A stretch of DNA of 64,000 bases from Octopus vulgaris (Eukaryota). Positions 1-13,300 of this stretch are shown one piece after another. Within the stretch, counting starts at the first letter, position 1. Each line of letters opens with the position of its first letter. The notes beneath the pieces are model-generated. The model worked only from the letters and a program-made list of their open reading frames with translations. It was not told where the DNA came from and did not search any database. The position numbers and the translations under genes are program-made. The stretch is from the NCBI GenBank assembly GCA_951406725.2, contig OX597826.1:45322001-45386000 (forward strand), read 5' to 3'.

Positions 1-1579
1 TTGATTACGGAAAGATGAAAAGCTGTGTTGCACCTGGCAGGAACAATACCCAGGACGCAAAAATTCGAAAGAAAAACTGCCTGGCATTTTGTCCGACACT
101 CTAAAGATCGACCCCGGAGGGATGAAAGGCAGCACTGACTCCGGTAAGGACTAAATTCGCAATGTAATGAGTCAGAAGAAGCACTGTATATAATTTTGTC
201 CGATGATCCGATGATTTTGCCAGTTCGATGTCTTGGCAGAGTTTAAAATATATCAAACAATACGCTGTCCTGACAGTAAAGGAAATTAAAGGATATCGCC
301 ACAAATTCTAAAATAGTAGCGTTTTAGTGAAGACCCCACCAAGAGTATGCGAAAGAACGATGACACCCTTTTTAGAGAATGTCGGGAACTTTGTTGTTGG
401 GTAGAGGCCCGACACATTACAGCTGTTGTATTATGGATTAGACACCATATTCCCCTCCAAAATGTAGAGTTCCGTGGAGCTAACCCTTTTTCTTTAATTT
501 CCTTTGACTGCACCCATGACATTATTGAAAACTGGATGTTTTCATATTCATGGCTTGTTCAGTGGGCACTTATTTAAGAGATTACCTCAGTTCACTTCCT
601 TTAGATGTAGTTACCATCAGCTAGACTAGATTTTCCGACACGATGCCATTTGAACTTTTTTTGGTAGACTACAATATGTATGCCTCCTTCGATCGGCCCT
701 GGTGTGGGTGAGGTAGATTTTTTTCTTAAGGAAATGCTTACGTTTCGTGCTAATAATGATCTTTCGAGACCCGAGCAACAGGTCTGTACTCGAAGATGCT
801 AATTGCAGTTTAAGCGGTGCTCTGATGTTGGGAGTTGTCACGTATATACCGCAGCAAGGGGAGGCAAGCCAACCATTTTCAAGCACCTTGCTAAGTACAT
901 CAGCACAAATATTACTTGGTGAATGGCATCCTTGTACGTACTCCAGACTTGAGAGTAATTAGCATATAGAAGTGGGATTGTCGTGTTTTTGGGAGGAGCA
1001 AAAATTTTTTCTGCTCAGATATTTCTAATCGTCTGGCAGATAACAACTGTATTATTCGGATTTGCTAAAAGTGGTCCGGCGAAAATCAGAGAGACTCTCG
1101 AGATAAGTGGTTTTCAAACTACTAATACCAGCTCCACTAAAACTATTAGGGGAAGACATTTTATCCTTAGTTTCTTTATGATTTCTTATTTTGGCACAAA
1201 GGAACAATTTCTTTGGGTAGAGTTTTGTCTATACTGTCAACTTCAGCATTTGACTTTATTCTATCGACCCCGAAAAGATGAAAGCAAAGTTGACGTTAAC
1301 ATGATTAGAACTCAGAAACTACAAAAGCGACAGAAATGCCGCACGGGAAAAAAATTAGAATTTCGATCTTTATAGTTCTTCTTTATTCATCATGGGGACG
1401 GACAAGTTTAAAAAACTGAAAATCATTCAAAATCTTATTAAACATAATTTGTTCACCATCTTTTCAATCATGAACGCCTGCCTTTAGAAAATAGTATCTT
1501 AGATGGTACATAGTACATAGATGGTTCACTATACAGACCATAATTTTGTGATGTATACAGTCTACCGAGATAAGATCGT

Positions 1580-2320
1580 TAAGCAAGGGCCTGTTTCCTG
1601 GAAGCTTAACGCTCCTACTGCACTATGGAAAACTTACAGCGACTGGATTAGTGAGTTAGCTAGGCAAAAATTGATAAGTGATTATAAATGATAGTTGGCG
1701 TTGCCAAGGAAAAATTAGAGTAGAATCGGTAAGATATAGTAACTAAATAACAGAAAACCTCTTTAAACATGCGAGAAAATCAATTGTTAATATATGACAA
1801 GATTCTGGAAGGAATTTCGCAGCAGAATTGTAGCGGGGCGAACGGCTCTCTACCAGTTATTCGAAACCAAAAACGCAAGTTATATTGACTGAGCTAAAAC
1901 ATGGGAACATTAAATTCGTTAGATGAATTTGGGAGCCAGAGATGGATAACCGTAACGTTAATTGAGTCACAGAATGGTCTTGAATTAAACACGTGATATT
2001 GAGTTCAAAATGGATGTGTAAGTATTTTCAGTAACCCTTTGTCGAACTGTTTGGGAAAAGTGACAAACCAGAGACGGTGAGCTTCGATTCTTAAGTCTGT
2101 AGGCTTCCAAAAAGCAGGACTAAAATAAATAAAGCACTGCGGCTCGGACCCTTAGCAGAAATCTATTGCAAATGTCTACTCACTGAGAGTATTTCTAGTT
2201 ACATGAGACAAGAAAAACTTGCGCTACTAAGATAAGATACAAACAAAAGGATTGTTGTGACGTACTACAAGAAGATACTTTCTGAAGTGATCTATCAGAT
2301 CTTGCTGGCTCTCGTTGTAG
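1580..2320 (+). pseudogene. Possible highly decayed LINE (RTE-like) APE endonuclease relic
   Basis: Scattered frame-broken resemblance to APE N-terminal motifs (tWN..., ELaR.kiD, alqE); no continuous ORF. Confidence 0.25.
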
Positions 2321-3595
2321 TAGACTCCTTTCTAAACTTAGCATGACACTTTTACACGATCCTATATTCACTTTGGTATCAACGAGCATTTATATTTCTT
2401 CTAATTCTTCTACCGCTTCGTTTCACAACCCCCATCACTCTTGACGTATAGAGATGCATACAGACACATATACATACTAATACAACACTCCCACATACAT
2501 GGAGTTGTGTTTGTCTTTACACACAACGAATTATGATAATTTTCCCTCTTCCGCGCGGCAGAAGCATTTATGTTACTTTTATCTTTATTACTATTTACTT
2601 TGGATTACTTGCTGCCATCTCAAACACATACAGGATTTCACGGACTCTGTGCTTCACTTTATCCTTTCAGAAAGCCTTTAAAATCTCTTTTTTATGCCTC
2701 GAGACATAACTGTGTGAGTTACTTCTGACATGAAAATTGCCATTTGGAAGATTAAGATTGAGAGAGATAACTATTGAAACGTGCTAGTAAAATCAATATT
2801 TGTCCTTCATACTAGTTTTAAATCATTAGTCACGCCCACCTTTAATTTCTCTTCTAAACACACAGTTGATATCTGCTGTGTACTGCCTAATCTCCAGTGA
2901 AAATTCTCGCCAAAAATCATTAGTCTCTACTTCATTACTCCACTCTCGATCATACATAGCTTGACTTTTATTTCCAATCCGATTCATACCGATGCAGACC
3001 GTCACTATATCCTGCCAGTTCTTCTAACTGTCTCTACCGTTTCTCTTTGATTTCCCAGCTTGCATTACCGTTTTCCAGTTGCTTATATAACTAATTGCCA
3101 TTACCTAGTTCTTGCTTCTCTTAATATGTCTCAACAGTATTTGTATTCTTAAAGTGTAATAGAACAATTTGGCACAGCTGACAGATACGACAAAAATAAA
3201 ATACTCACCGGCGTACTTCGCTCTCTAGCTCACAGTAATACCGTATCCTCACTCTTCGAATTCTACAGCTACTACAATGACACAATTGTATTCGTCAGAA
3301 ATAACATGTAGAATACAACTCCTGCAAGTACTCGCCTCATATATATTAATCTGTCCTCTTCCCGTCATACATACAGTCCCATGATCACCAATCATTTCTT
3401 CCCCATCTCCAAAATATTATTCTCTGTCTGGAATTTTCTCTTCCCACGCTCGTTTTCCATCAAATTTTTAATTTGTAGATGTTGAAGTGAATAGAACAAT
3501 ATCAATGTAACCCATCTTGTGCGTTAGACGGCTAAACCACGACAAATTATCATACACACCACATACACAAACGTACACGTACTCACACACATATC

Positions 3596-3663
<68 letters not shown>

Positions 3664-3721
3664 TATATATATATACTCTTATATACATATACGTGAATAT
3701 ATATGTATACAAAGTCACATG

Positions 3722-3781
<60 letters not shown>

Positions 3782-4289
3782 GCACATATATACACATACA
3801 TACGCATATATATTACACACACAGACACACACATACATATATACAAATATATAATTATAGTAATTTCGGTTTGTATTGGAAGCATGATTAATATTCAGCC
3901 TTATTCGCTATGATTAAAATCTATTAATTTAAATTTAATTATATATATTTAAAACAATTGATTTCTTACAATGACGCAAGGCCACTGAAACCAGATAGTA
4001 AATCCGATTGAATCATCCTCAGTGAATGACAATGTAATGGCAGAGTATGACACTTTATCAGTGCCTTTTCAACAACAAAGTCGCGTCAACAGGATCTGAA
4101 AGATGGGCGCAAAACAGTTCCCTCTCAAAGTATAGACACTCTGGGTCGCTGTCCGGGTGTTTGTCGTGTGTAGGCACCCTAATGCACGTTCTATGTATAC
4201 TGTTACTGCATATATAAGTAGGAACCCCAGAGCATTGCTTAATCCCGGGGCCTATATTGCAGTTAAGACGGCTTGGTGTAGATGTTTGT

Positions 4290-4375
4290 TCCTTCTCGAG
4301 CCATGCCTGGCTCATAAGGGCCGGTTTCCCGGTTTCCTTGGCGTATAGGTTCCCCACCTAAACGGGGATGCTACT
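4290..4375 (-). mobile_element. 3' fragment related to SINE family C
   Basis: Reverse complement resembles the tail of the 18149-18400 element (tacgcca..gaaaccgggaaaccggccc..atgagcc). Confidence 0.55.
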
Positions 4376-4414
4376 AACCCCAAGATTCGGAGTTCGATTC
4401 CAAACTGTGATCTC

Positions 4415-4465
<51 letters not shown>

Positions 4466-4466
<1 letters not shown>

Positions 4467-4648
4467 TCGAAAAATACCTTAGGAATGAGGACCCAGGTTC
4501 GAAATTTCCCCATGAGACCTGATGAAGGCTGGAGAGTATATCAGCCAAAACTTTGTGTTAACAACAAAAAAGATGAGGACAAATATCCGTCAAATGTAAA
4601 TAATATAAATCGTGTACATAATTCCTCATCTCTCAAGTATAGAACTGT
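4466..4648 (+). mobile_element. Short pLTR-like element beside (AAT)n with a mutated hammerhead motif
   Basis: 4519 CTGATGA-a-GGCTG(loop)CAGCC-aAAA-c-TT-gtgt; GAAA is mutated to AAAA. Confidence 0.6.
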
Positions 4649-4719
4649 ATACTCACACATATCATCACACAGAATATTAGGTATTCTATTTCAAAATATG
4701 AAGGAATATCGATTTCAAC

Positions 4720-5290
4720 TTTTGGCACAAGGCAAGCAATTTTTTAGGTGGGATAGAATCAATTATATCCACCCCAGCACTCATCTAGTACTTATTTTAT
4801 CGACCGCGGAAGGAGGAAAAGCAGAGCCGACCACAGCAGAATTTGGAATCAGAGCGTGAAGATGGACGAAATACCTATTTCGTTACTACCCACAAGGGGC
4901 TAAACACAAAAAGGACAAACAAGGACAGACAAACGGATTAAGTCGATTATATCGACACCAGTGCGTAACTGGTACTTATTTAATCGACCCCAAAAGGATG
5001 AAAGACAAGGTCGACCTCAGCGGAATTTGAACTCAGAACGTAGCGGCAAACGAAATACCTATTTCTTTACTACCCACAAGGGGCTAAACACAGAGAGGAA
5101 AAACAAGGACAGACACATGGATTAAGTCGATTTATCGCCCTCAGTGCGTAACTGGTACTTATTTATCGACCCCGAAAAGATGAAAGGCAAAGTCGACCTC
5201 GGCAGAATTTGAACTCAGAACATAACGACAGATGAAATACGGCTACGCATTTCGTCCGGCGTGCTAACGATTCTGCCAGCTCGCCGCCTT
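4720..5290 (-). mobile_element. Stack of three tRNA-derived SINE family A copies
   Basis: Full copy at about 5060-5290 (ggcggcgagctggcagaa...gttcaaattc B-box...gtgggtagtaaagaaata) followed by two copies starting at the internal GGTATTTCG. Confidence 0.9.
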
Positions 5291-5309
5291 AAAGGAATAT
5301 TATATTTTT

Positions 5310-5530
5310 TAAGTTAGTGACTTGGCTGAATCTTTAAAATGGTGGACAAAATATGTTGGAGAATTCCTTCCAATTCTTTGCGTCAATCTCAGTTCCCACT
5401 GGTTTCAATTCTGTCTTTTATCCATCCAGGGTTGATAAAATAATGCACCAATTAACTACTGGGTTTGGTAGCATCGACTATCCCCAATTCCCTGAAAATT
5501 GTTGACCTTGTTCTTAAATTAGAAACCAGT
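5310..5530 (+). mobile_element. Degenerate SINE family A copy
   Basis: ggggttgataaaataa...gggtttggtagcatcgact...ccttgttcttaaattagaaac. Confidence 0.6.
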
Positions 5531-6159
5531 ATCGCTTCCCTTACAGTTGTACGTCGAATATATTAAATCAACTTGGAAGAAAAAGAGTGCAAAATACAAG
5601 TAGAAGAAAATCATTTTCATCGCTCGCACGCACGCTCATCATTGCTAATCTTCGATCTATGGTGACTATCAATATCTATTAATCGTGATGCCACGATATT
5701 TTTAAAGATAATCTCGCCAACATTGATTAGATTCATTCCTAGTTGTGTAAAGATATAAATCTAACAAGTCTTTCTTAACTTATTTCTGTTTTGTTTTGGA
5801 GTTTTATTTCGTCAGCAGAAGATTAAGATCAGCAGCTGTTTGAGTTGTTAGTGCCAGTAGAAAGAGGTTCAACGATGTTGCAGTGTTCTATTAGCAGAAG
5901 CATTTAACCCTCAGTGTACCACTCTATCTACTTGCAAATAAGGAATTATAAATGCTACAATAACTTTACATACAATACATTACTACCGACTGTTTCATTA
6001 TCTCTAGAGTGTTTTAATTACCTGATATAGTTTATTAACGAAGAAGCTTTTCAATAAATCTCGCTTGAAGTTTCCTTTAAGCTACACGGTGGAGCTTTCA
6101 GTGTACTGCTACTGCGCGGAACAAAGAGTTACCGAGTTTAATTTACAAATATGTCTATC

Positions 6160-6360
6160 TTTCTGTTATCTTTTATTGGTTTCGGGTATTTGATTGAGGC
6201 CATGCTGGGGCATTGCCTGAAAGGGCTTTAGTAGAAAAAATCGACTCCAGCAATTATATTTTAACTCTGTACATCGGCCTGCTCTTTTGTCAAACAGCTA
6301 ACATACGGGAACGTAAACAAACCAGTCCCGATTGTCAAGCGGTGTGAAGAGACAAACGCA
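6160..6360 (-). mobile_element. SINE family B, 3' half
   Basis: Reverse complement of the cgcttgacaa...tttacgt...ccagcatggcc...gaaac module seen at 32010-32190. Confidence 0.75.
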
Positions 6361-6483
6361 AATATACACAAAGACACACGAAGACACACAAAGACACACA
6401 AAGACAAACACACACACACACACACACACTTAACCCCTCCTCGACATTACTGGTCATGTGATACAATTATTATTATTATTATT

Positions 6484-6731
6484 GAGAGAGCAGTGCATGC
6501 CATCAAAGTGACACTGGGGTAAAATATACGAAGCCCAGTATACCCATCATGACTACCCGTCTGATAAGGGTACACCAGGCTCATGCATCACAACCATATG
6601 TGCGCGACATGGTGATCTCGTATCAAGATAAACAGCACTTGACCTTGCAGGTGGGGCCCAGTTAGAATTTTCTTCTGGTCGAGTAGCTCAGCCAGCTCAA
6701 AACGTCCCTGAATAAGGATTGTTTAAGGATT
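6484..6731 (-). mobile_element. Truncated copy of a (TAA)n-embedded non-coding repeat
   Basis: Near-identical to 6858-7110; flanked by ATT/AAT tracts. Confidence 0.85.
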
Positions 6732-6756
6732 TATCATAATAATAATAATAATAATA

Positions 6757-6833
<77 letters not shown>

Positions 6834-6857
6834 CATTATTATTATTATTATTATTAT

Positions 6858-7416
6858 TGAGTGAGAAAGCAGTTCATGCCATCAAAGTGACACTGGGGTA
6901 AAATATACGAAGCCCAATATACCCATCATGACTACCCGTCTGATAAGGGTACACCAGGCACATGCATCACAACCAAATGTGTGCGACATAGTGATCTCAT
7001 ATCAAGATAAACAGCACATGACCTTGCAGGTGGGGCCCAGTTAGAATTTTCTTCAGGTTGAGTAACCCATCCCGCTCAAACGGTCCCTGAATAAGGGTTG
7101 TTTAAGGATGTTGAAAGAACCAGCCATGTTTCCAGAGGTGAATTATTCAAACCCAAAGAATCCCTCTCAACACATGGCTATGATGCTCCCCCACTACTTC
7201 TGCTCGTGATCAGAGATGCACATATCATCAGTCACTAAGGGACATGCTCAACTGGTTAAGGTTAAACAACTGACAAGCAAATCTGTGGTATTGAGCAGAA
7301 TATTTGCTGTAGCCCATCTTTTATACCAAGACAAAATAATGTACATGATAACACTTCCAATCAGTTAAGATCAGAAGCCATGAGAGCCACTGCCTGGTAC
7401 TGCATCAGGGCATTTA
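6858..7416 (-). mobile_element. About 560-bp non-coding repeat embedded in (TAA)n, probably a non-autonomous retroposon
   Basis: Two copies share one end; both boundaries abut (ATT)n; no ORF. Confidence 0.75.
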
Positions 7417-7461
7417 TACTGCATCTTATTATTATTATTATTATTATCATTATTATTATTA

Positions 7462-7514
<53 letters not shown>

Positions 7515-7516
<2 letters not shown>

Positions 7517-7722
7517 GGCGGCGAACTGGCATAATCGTTAGCACGCTGGGCAAAATGCTTAGCGGCATTTAGTCGTGACTTTAAATTCCACCGAGGAGTC
7601 GACTTGTAACTCTTCATCTTTTCGGAGCCTACGAAAATAAGAACCAGTTCTGTGTTTGAATCAGTGTAATCGACTTCCTCACACCACACAAAAACATCAG
7701 TCCTTGTTCTTATATTAGAAAG
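7515..7722 (+). mobile_element. SINE family A
   Basis: aaggcggcgaactggcataatcgttagcacgc...aaataagaaccagt. Confidence 0.85.
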
Positions 7723-7983
7723 AATTGTCGCTATTATATCTCTGCTCGAGATATTTCTCTCCATATGTAAAAGAATCAAGATGGTTAAGTTCTCCGTCAC
7801 AGTTTACCACCGTCGATTATTCTTCAAAGGCTACTCTAATGATGTTTCGTCTAGAGTTTATATACTAGTTCTTTTGTGTAGTTTCATCCTCAGAAGAACA
7901 AATCAAAAATAACGTTCATAGTGTGATGACGGGAAGCGAGTAGAGTGACGTACGTACACATGCGCTTGGTTACATATACATGC

Positions 7984-8049
<66 letters not shown>

Positions 8050-8091
8050 GTATAAACAAATATATATATAGAGAGAGATAGAGAGAGAGAG

Positions 8092-8227
8092 ACGTAGGAG
8101 TGGCTGTGTGGTAAGTAGGTTCAGTCCCACTGCGTAGCATCTTGGGCAAGTATCTTCTACTATAGCTTCGGGCCGACGAAAGCCTTGTGAGTGGGTTTCG
8201 TAGACGGAAACTGAAAGAAGCTCGTCG

Positions 8228-8301
<74 letters not shown>

Positions 8302-8515
8302 TGTATGTATGTATGTATGTATGCGCGTGTATATGTTTGTGTTTATCCCCCCCAACATCGTTTGACAACTGATGGTGTTGTGTTTACGTCCCCATAACTT
8401 AGCGGTTCGGCATAAGTACTTAGGCTTACAAAGAATAAGTCCTAGGTTCGATTTGCTCGACTAAAGGCGGTGCTCCAGCATGGCCACAGTCAAATGACTG
8501 AAACAAGTAAAAGAG
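8092..8515 (+). mobile_element. Bipartite tRNA-derived SINE family B with internal microsatellite
   Basis: gtaggagtggctgtgtggtaag...ggttcagtccc head, (TG)/(TATG)n middle, tail ccagcatggccacagtcaaatgactgaaacaagtaaaagag. Confidence 0.9.
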
Positions 8516-8516
8516 C

Positions 8517-8547
<31 letters not shown>

Positions 8548-9025
8548 TGTATGTATGTATGTATGTATGTATGTATGTATGTATGTATCTGTATATGTAG
8601 GTATATACATATGTGTTCATACATAATGAAGAAAACTACCGATAGCCGGGCAACGCACAAGACAAAGACAAAGAGTTTTGACTTGTCATCGAGGTACTTC
8701 CCAGGGACGACCGCCATCACAGCAGTAACAACAGGCACACAACAAACAACAGCAGCAAAAACGAGTAAAATCTACAATCGTAAAGCAAAATTCAAAACCA
8801 GAATAACTTACCAAGCACAGCACAGCAACAAAAAACAACAAAAGTAAATGAATAAATAAAATAACAACAACAACAACAGATAAACCGGCAGCTGCAGCAA
8901 CAATACAGAAAAAAGGCGCAGACACACAGACACACAAACAAGCTTGGCAAGCAAATTCAAAACAAAGAACAAACAAAACAAGAAGACCAACAATAACAAA
9001 CAAGTGTAACGACAACGACAATACC

Positions 9026-9060
<35 letters not shown>

Positions 9061-9425
9061 TAATAACAATAACAACAACAACAGCAATAAACACAAAGCC
9101 ACCTTCCCAAACTTCAGTGTTGTATGAAAAAATAAACAGTGAGTTGAAGGAGTACAACATTAGAAAAGGATACGGCGACAACAAAATATACAGAAAGATG
9201 AAGCTCATCCCGTACACACACCGGGAGATAGGTTTCTGGTGAATGCATTAGCAAGATATATCTTACGAGCAACAAACGACACCGACATAGACACAAGGGA
9301 CTTCAAGAACAACAGTAACAATGACAGCAGCTGCAGCAGCAGTAACAACAACAACAACAACAAAATCCCTACTCCTTCGCTGTAGCACGAACAAAAAATA
9401 TATATATATACATATACATACAGAC

Positions 9426-9502
<77 letters not shown>

Positions 9503-9849
9503 TGTATGTATGTATATATACATAATAAAACCAGATGGTGTGGGAATTTTCCGAAAAACGGTTGCCAAGAAATTTTTGGAAGGGCTTTTTAAGAATCTCT
9601 TCCTCATTGCAAAATAAACCGATTTACCTTATTTTCAAGTTCAAGGGAAAGCCACGTCTTCTTGCCCTCTAATTCCTCAATACAAAAGGTTGTTTTTATA
9701 AATCCACATACCCTTGCATCGAGCAGGAAGCAATGACACTTGACAAGTGCACTCGGTTTATTAAATATTGATGAGACAAGGATTTCTAGCATGAAGTAAA
9801 CAACGAGACCAGGATTACTAGCACGGAGCCAGTAACGCTTCTTCTTCAT

Positions 9850-10110
9850 GACTACGAGGTGAACAGACCTTTAAATAAATCGGGATTGAGGCAGGTGGTC
9901 GTGTTGTTTTAGAAAGGCTGAAATCTCAAAGTGTAAATCTTTCTGGACTCGTATGTTCTGGATATGAACACCAACCGTGGCATCACCAGAATTGTGTGCA
10001 TATATGACACATTTATGACTGTTTGCCGAGTTTCTTTAGGTCTCTAAAATCGTCCTACGGAATATCTCTTTTGTTAGGCGTAAGAGGTGAATAGAATAGC
10101 ATGTTAAAAG
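9850..10110 (-). pseudogene. Possible mariner transposase relic
   Basis: Broken minus-strand resemblance to 'HLLTP..K' and 'I.GD.TW' motifs. Confidence 0.25.
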
Positions 10111-10449
10111 CATGTTAGGATTATGTTGAAGTGTCAATTAGGAGAGGTATATAAGAGCACGGAAAGCCTGTTCAAGCACCAAATTTCCTGGTAGGCACTG
10201 ACTGAAAGGTTTGAAATTGTGGACTTGGAGAAACCACACCAGGCCATCCATATAAAGTTTTCATAAAGAATTTGTCATATCAGCAGATATTGTTAGCGTA
10301 GAGTCTTCACAATTTCGGATCCTCTATTATATTGATCACATTTTTGTGATTTGCACCAACATAAATGGAGCGTATAGACAGTGACCCAACTAAGGAAGGT
10401 GAATACGTTGAAAGAGATGTGAACACGGCGGCCAGATTAGTAGATTTGG

Positions 10450-10582
10450 GCAGGGTGGATTGGCAGAATCGTTGGTGTCGGACAAAATACCACGCGGTAT
10501 CTATGCCAGGTTTTGACATTTTGAGTTCAAATCTCACCAAGGACAAATTTGCCTTTCGTCCTTTCGGGGTCGATTAAATTAA
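10450..10582 (+). mobile_element. SINE family A fragment
   Basis: tggcagaatcgtt...gagttcaaatc...tttgcctttcgtcctttcggggtcgattaaa. Confidence 0.8.
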
Positions 10583-10924
10583 AGCATTTGTTAAGTGCTG
10601 GGTTCGGCGAAGCTCTCTTCGCTGCGAAAAAATCCGCATCTAATAAAGAAGAACAAATATCCTCTAAGAACATCTGAGGGTCTAAACGATATCAAATTCA
10701 CAGCCATTCGGCAAAATTACAAAATCTTAATAAAACTGTCAAACAATATACACAGGAAATATTGGTTATTCCTTGGTTACACCTTGGTGGAACAATTAGG
10801 GTGTTTTGTTATTATAATTTTCTTTACGACTGTTATAGTTTATATTGTTTACAGGTGTTTATGCTAATCTTCACTATCCTTTGCATCGATATTGTTCTAC
10901 AATCCTTTTTCGGCCCTTGTGACC

Positions 10925-11019
10925 AATAATAATAATACTAACAATGAATGATAATGATAATAATAATAATAGTTATAATAATAATGATAATGATGATGAT
11001 GACAATATTATTATTATTA

Positions 11020-11075
<56 letters not shown>

Positions 11076-11152
11076 GTTATTATTATTATTATTACTATTA
11101 CTATTATTATTATTATGATTATTATTATTATTATCATCATCATTATCATCAC

Positions 11153-11197
<45 letters not shown>

Positions 11198-11218
11198 TAT
11201 TATCATTATCATCATCAC

Positions 11219-11273
<55 letters not shown>

Positions 11274-11371
11274 CATCATCATTATTATTATCATCATTAT
11301 TATTATTATTATTACTATTATTATTATTATTATTATTATCATTATTATTATTATTGTTAGTATCATTATTA

Positions 11372-11439
<68 letters not shown>

Positions 11440-11470
11440 ATCGGTATTATTATTATTATTATTATTATTA
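10925..11470. repeat. Compound (AAT/ATT/ATC)n microsatellite
   Basis: Directly visible; accounts for the poly-I/N/Y ORFs. Confidence 0.95.
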
Positions 11471-11954
11471 GACATTCGTTGTATGTGTTCCTGAGTTTGA
11501 TAGTCTACTATCGAAATTCAAATATTGAACCAAAGGTTGATTAGTTAAAACCAGACGTCATGTCCAGATAGCAAAAGAGAAAAAAAAATTGCTGACGTAA
11601 ACAGCTTCCAGCAGGACTATCGGATTAATTTCTGAAAATAAATTTGTTGATCACCATCTAACAAAATAAAATTTTCAAATGATTACCGAGTTATTTGGTG
11701 TTGAATCTAAAGTAACTTGTACCGTAATCATTCACATATTAAAATTGTTCTTCCTGCTCGACATTTTAAAATTTATATTTTAGTTTTTATTAACCCAGAC
11801 AGGAATTGAGTTCCACGCTGCGAGTTAATGAAACGTTAATTAATTATATAGTGTTCCCGCCACCTACTGCATCGAACTACATTTCTTTCTATTTAATAAG
11901 GAAAGAAGAAAAGAAAAAGAAGAATTGGCATTGCAAATGGTTTTAATCTTATGT

Positions 11955-12115
11955 ATCATGGTTGTGTGCTTAAATAGTTCGTTTCGCAATCACGAGGTTT
12001 CGGGTTCATTTCCACTTAGCGGCATTTGAGCAAATATCTTCCGTTAATGCCCCGGGCGCGGCCGAAGCCTTTTGGGTGCATTTTGTTGGCGGCAACTGTG
12101 AAGAAGTCCGTCGTA
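11955..12115 (+). mobile_element. SINE family B, 5' half (degenerate)
   Basis: tggttgtgtg...cgggttca...ggcaactgtgaagaagtccgtcgta. Confidence 0.65.
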
Positions 12116-12146
12116 CATACATATACATATACGTACGTATATACAT

Positions 12147-12209
<63 letters not shown>

Positions 12210-13094
12210 AATACATAATGCATTCATATATATATTTATACGCGTGTACTGATAGGTCCGTTTTCACAGGTAATTGCCGCTTCTTTGTTCATCCATATAA
12301 GCAATTGCAATTCTGACTTTTCGTCCATGACCCTTCAGTTGATTATTCACTTCCGCTGCAGATTTGCATGGTTTGAAGGTACAGACAAGAGATGTAACCT
12401 TGTCAGAGAGGAAGGCACAACGAAACTATCAGGTTAAGACTCCTGCTGCCCATGTGAAATTTATAACTGTGCACTTCCAACCGGTTAGGTCTACAAATAT
12501 CATTCCTTTATCACCATAGGACTACAGCAAATGATGTCACCATAAAGAGCATGTCATTGGGTTATAATGATAAAAGCTAGTACAACACTAGTACCACCCT
12601 CTGAGTCGCCCTCATTAGTACCTAGTGACAGATCGAAAGGAGATGATCAGTAAACACTTGAAACCGGTGGTTATAAATCAGTGTCCTTCTCCTAGAAGGA
12701 TGCAGTGGCAACGGCCAGGTGTCCTTCATTCTTGAGGTTTTTTAGTTGTTGGATGGCCAACAGAGTTCACCCGCTCTTTAACAGAGTTTGTTTTTCGTCT
12801 TCTACGGTGTCCAGCAAAAACCATCTTCCTTGCCATGTAGGCTCTGCGAGGTTGCCGGTTTAGTAAACAATAACCTGATCATCCGACAGGTTGAAGTACT
12901 ATACTGTTGCCAGTATAGTAAGAGTAATATGACTTTCATATGTATGTGTGTGAATATATATATACACACGTACATACATGTAGAAAAGCATGTATGTACA
13001 TGTGTATGTATGTATGCATGGGTGTACGAATATATATACACATATATGTGTGTATATATGCTATTTACATGTGTGTGTGTGTGTGTATGTTTAT

Positions 13095-13300
13095 GTCTTT
13101 GTGTTTGTAACTCCTCACAATTTGACAACCGGGGTTAGTTTGTTTACTTTCTTGTACCTAAGTACTTTAGCAAAAGACACCGACACAATAAGTACCAGAC
13201 CTAAAAGTAAAACCGCTGGGGTTGATTTGTTCTTTTAACTTTACAAGGTGACATCCTGGATGGCCACCACAGTCCAACGATTTAAACATGTAAGAAAATA
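13095..13300 (+). mobile_element. SINE family B, 3' half
   Basis: ttgacaaccgg...gcaaaagacaccga...ataagtacc...atggccaccacagtc. Confidence 0.7.

Noticed and set aside
9100-9300. Unique-looking stretch with a short open frame ([25 protein letters not shown])
   Set aside because: No recognisable homology or convincing splice sites; embedded in (CAA)n low-complexity DNA
12640-12680. gatga..agt(aaac)act-t-GAAA-CCGG-TG hammerhead-like stretch (similar weak case near 3970-4000)
   Set aside because: Core and stem I are not recoverable and the cleavage position is G; too degenerate to count
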